NCBI GenBank assembly: GCA_963809485.1
Contig: CAWEJX010000014.1
Span: 1-64,000, forward strand
DNA length: 64,000 nucleotides
DNA from: an uncultured Acidobacteriota bacterium
GTDB taxonomy: Bacteria > Acidobacteriota > UBA6911
Direction of reading: 5' to 3'
A model generated the notes under the pieces. That model searched no databases, had not been told where the DNA came from, and saw only the letters and a program-made list of their open reading frames with translations. This document shows, piece by piece, positions 61,238-64,000 of the stretch. The translations under genes were made by a program, and so were the position numbers. The first letter of the stretch is position 1, and every line of letters begins with the position of its first letter.

Positions 61238-61816
61238 TTATTTGCGGTCCTGCGGTGCGTTCTCAAGATTTATGTAGTCGGTCAGGGCATCCCGGGTGGA
61301 AGGGAAGGCCAGGCCGTTCCAGGGAATATCGGCGGGATCGAAAGCCCGGACTTCCCGGCTCTCAGGAGTGATTCCGGCAGTGCCTCCGACGACGGTCGAG
61401 CAATATACGACGACGACGATGCCCGATTTGGCGTAGGAATAGATATTCAGCAGGCTGTCCAGACGTATCTCCAGCAGGGTTTCCTCGCGAGTTTCCCGGA
61501 TTGCGGCATCCTCCACACTTTCTCCCAAGTCGACATAACCGCCCGGAAAGGTCCAGCAGCCGGAAGAGGGCTCGATGTTTCTGCGAAGCAGCCAGATCCG
61601 GCCGTCCTGCCTGGGGACGGCGGCGGCCACGATTTTGGGATTGAGGTAGAAAATAAATCCGCATCCCGAACAGACTTTCCGGTGATGCTGCTCGATCTCG
61701 AGAAACCTCTCAACAAGGCCGCAGCCGCAGCGCGGGCAAAATCTGGCCCAATCCGAACCGGCAGAATGCTGCAGCTCGCGGTGGGACTGAAGCTTTTTTT
61801 CGTCTGATGCGTGCAA
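61238..61816 (-). CDS. NUDIX hydrolase with N-terminal zinc ribbon
   Basis: FCPRCG...CSGCG..Y.NP, GGYVDLGESVEDAAIRETREE; start uncertain. Confidence 0.9.
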   Translation of the reverse strand: MHASDEKKLQSHRELQHSAGSDWARFCPRCGCGLVERFLEIEQHHRKVCSGCGFIFYLNPKIVAAAVPRQDGRIWLLRRNIEPSSGCWTFPGGYVDLGESVEDAAIRETREETLLEIRLDSLLNIYSYAKSGIVVVVYCSTVVGGTAGITPESREVRAFDPADIPWNGLAFPSTRDALTDYINLENAPQDRK

Positions 61817-61872
61817 CTCCGGGGCCTCCCGATCTGTTTTCGGTGCGCAGGAATAAGAAGTATAATACCAGC

Positions 61873-62391
61873 ATGTCCCGGCCCGCGCTACGTATTCGCC
61901 AATCACAGGCGGAAGATTCTGAGGTTTTTTACGAGATCGACCGCATTTGCTTTCCGGAGGACATTGCTTTCTCCCGGGAGGATCTCATTGCCTGCCTGAA
62001 TCATCCGGAAAGCACGGCATGGCTGGCTGAAAGGACCGGGCGGATCCTTGGATTCGTTCTTGCGCGCATCGACAACCAATCGTGTGCGCATGTTCTTACC
62101 CTCGATGTCCTTCCTTCAGCGCGCAAGCGCAAGGTCGGCACGATGCTCATGAAGGAATTGCATGCCGAGTTGATGCGAAGAAAAATCCGCCTTTCCTTCC
62201 TCGAGGTCGCTGTTAACAACATTCCTGCTCAGCGGCTTTATGAACAGCTGAAATATCGATACATGGGCATGCTGCCGGGCTATTACCACGGACGCGAAGA
62301 CGCGTATCGAATGGTATGCCAAATCGGGTCGCCGGACGCTTTAGGGTTGCCGGCCCATCAAAAGGGCCTGACCGCAACCGATATAAGCTAA
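61873..62391 (+). CDS. rimI: RimI-like GNAT N-acetyltransferase
   Basis: IDRICF, HVLTLDV..ARKRKVG, LEVAVNN.PAQRLY, GYY..EDAY.M. Confidence 0.75.
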   Translation: MSRPALRIRQSQAEDSEVFYEIDRICFPEDIAFSREDLIACLNHPESTAWLAERTGRILGFVLARIDNQSCAHVLTLDVLPSARKRKVGTMLMKELHAELMRRKIRLSFLEVAVNNIPAQRLYEQLKYRYMGMLPGYYHGREDAYRMVCQIGSPDALGLPAHQKGLTATDIS

Positions 62392-62430
62392 AACCGGTTG
62401 TACGCGCAATAGGCATCTGGAAAGCTTTTT

Positions 62431-62512
62431 GAACCGCAGAATATCGAATATTGAATGCAGAATTTCGAAGTCTTTCTGCGGTTCGAAATTCGACATTCGA
62501 AATTCGATATTC
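62431..62512. repeat. Palindromic heptamer repeat element (GAACCGCAGAA / TTCTGCGGTTC with TnTCGAA / GAnATTC units)
   Basis: Inverted pair plus 4+4 heptamers; relatives at 32104-32144 and 52372-52420. Confidence 0.85.
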
Positions 62513-62579
62513 AGGATTTTTGCAGCTCCCCAATGGAGATCAGCAAAGGAAAGAGCCCTGGAAAAGCCAAAGAGGAGGG

Positions 62580-63671
62580 TCAGGATTCCTTGGCAAGATA
62601 CCCTTTCCGGGTGATGGTCTTCAGCTTGGCCGGCTTGCCTTTCTTGTCGAGGACATTCGCCTGGACCTCCACCTTGATTTTCCGGAACTTGCCGTCCTTT
62701 TTTGTATTGGTCGAAGCGTAGGCAATGCTGTACTGACTTCGCAGCAATTGGGAAATGTTGGAAAAGATCGCGGGGAGCTCCGTCTGAAAGCGCGGGTAGT
62801 AGGCGGCGCCGCCTGAAAATTCGGCAAAGGAACGAAGGCGATTGTCGGCCATCAGAAGCTCAATGTTGTCCAAATTGCTGATTAATCCCGCTGCTTCCGC
62901 CCGGAGGCGGAAATGCTGGCCGAGGCTGATGGCGTAGACCGAAGCATTGGCCTGCTTGCACTTATCGAGGGCCTCTTCGTAGGTGTGCTTGCTGAAGGTA
63001 TCGAGGCCGGTGCTGACGAGGAGAACCGCTACCTTGCCCTCGATTTCCTGAGTCCTGTCCAGCGTATCGATGACGGCATCGGAAAGATTGCTTTCGCTAA
63101 AGGCGGGATAGGTGAAGCGCCTCAGGGCATCGTAGAGCACCTGGCGGTCCTGAGTGAAATCACACAATATGGTCGAGCGCAGGTCGTAGCCGACGACCGC
63201 CACCCAGTCTGCCGGTCGCAGAGTGGCGGCAAAGGTATACATGGCGTTCCAGACATCTTCGATGAAGTAACCGACATTGTTGCTGTATTCGACCAGCAAC
63301 ACAACCGTAACGGCGGCGTCCACCGGGGCGAAATGAGATATTTCCTGCTTGACGTTGTCCTCATAGATCGTGAAGTTTTCCGGCTTCAGCCCCAGAATGA
63401 CTCCGCCCTCTGAGTCTGTAACAAGGACTTGAACAGATACCAGGTCCACCGCGACGGAAATTGAGGCCTGTCCTTTGGGACTGTCTTCCTCCTCCTGGCC
63501 CTCCGGCGGAGTCTGTTGCCTGCGAAGCGGCGGCCGGCGGCTTTTGGTCGAGTCCTGAGCGCTTACCGATAGCGGGAAGTCGGGGATCGCGCGGCTGCCT
63601 GTATAAATGCCGTTCAGGAGGGGAACAAGAATCAGTATCAAAGCAGCCCGAAAGTATCTCTTGCATTTCAT
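62580..63671 (-). CDS. VWA domain protein (Acidobacteria-type)
   Basis: ISVAVDLVSVQVLVTD..G....L..ENF.IYED.V.Q, DFT.D, STGLDT, YSIAY..TN...DG.FRKI.V. Confidence 0.9.
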   Translation of the reverse strand: MKCKRYFRAALILILVPLLNGIYTGSRAIPDFPLSVSAQDSTKSRRPPLRRQQTPPEGQEEEDSPKGQASISVAVDLVSVQVLVTDSEGGVILGLKPENFTIYEDNVKQEISHFAPVDAAVTVVLLVEYSNNVGYFIEDVWNAMYTFAATLRPADWVAVVGYDLRSTILCDFTQDRQVLYDALRRFTYPAFSESNLSDAVIDTLDRTQEIEGKVAVLLVSTGLDTFSKHTYEEALDKCKQANASVYAISLGQHFRLRAEAAGLISNLDNIELLMADNRLRSFAEFSGGAAYYPRFQTELPAIFSNISQLLRSQYSIAYASTNTKKDGKFRKIKVEVQANVLDKKGKPAKLKTITRKGYLAKES

Positions 63672-63872
63672 GATCGATGCTCCGTGTCCCGCGTGAATGG
63701 AAGTTGCTTGACGCCTCACACTCCAAAATGGTAGCACAAGTACCGGAGGGTCTCAAAGAAACGCTCCCGGGACAATTTGATTTGACCTGAAAAATCCCGG
63801 GTGTTAATAATTTCAGGGTGCAGACCCACAGATCGTCTCGATCTCCCGGAATGCTTTTATTGGAGGTACATT

Positions 63873-64000
63873 GTGAGCTACTGTCCGGAATGCGAAGCCG
63901 TTATCGACGAAGAATTCGAAGACATTGGAGAAATCATAACCTGCCCCGAGTGTGGCGTCGAACTCGAAGTGATTTCCATTGATCCGGTGGAATTCGATCT
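63873..64000 (+). CDS. lysW: LysW-like zinc-finger amino-group carrier protein (truncated by window end)
   Basis: GGAGG RBS; MSYCPECEAVIDEEFEDIGEIITCPECGVELEVISIDPVEFD; not in the ORF track. Confidence 0.75.
   Translation, partial: MSYCPECEAVIDEEFEDIGEIITCPECGVELEVISIDPVEFD

Overview
Bacterial chromosomal window, probably from an Acidobacteriota-like genome (inferred from the Acidobacteria-type VWA, SYLF and TPR/carboxypeptidase-regulatory proteins). Bases 1-5096 look like the degraded end of a genomic island integrated at the 3' end of tRNA-Asn. This part carries a GIY-YIG nuclease, an AbiEi/AbiEii type IV toxin-antitoxin pair, a pseudogene and two iteron-like motif arrays. The rest is mostly housekeeping: tdh, panB-panE-panC-coaX behind a pan-motif-like RNA, UPF0182/yajQ/ABC exporter, prmA, a Mo-oxidoreductase pair, tRNA-Asp, ppiA, OmpA/beta-propeller/M16-like genes, a PP2C phosphatase, PGI-PMI/PMM, holC, a jacalin lectin, carB broken by five +1 frameshifts, ccsA-hemA-hemC-hemD, scpAB-rluB-ribE, plsC, rimI, a VWA protein and the start of lysW. 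The most striking non-genic signal is a family of six ~180-270 bp gene-less intergenic elements. They have IS200/IS605-type hairpin ends, a T(A/G)AT target and a TGAC right end, and the transposase position is occupied by a variable palindromic core of ACGCTGA units. Those units also occur free elsewhere. Several intergenic 7-mer tandem-repeat families are also present, some next to these elements.
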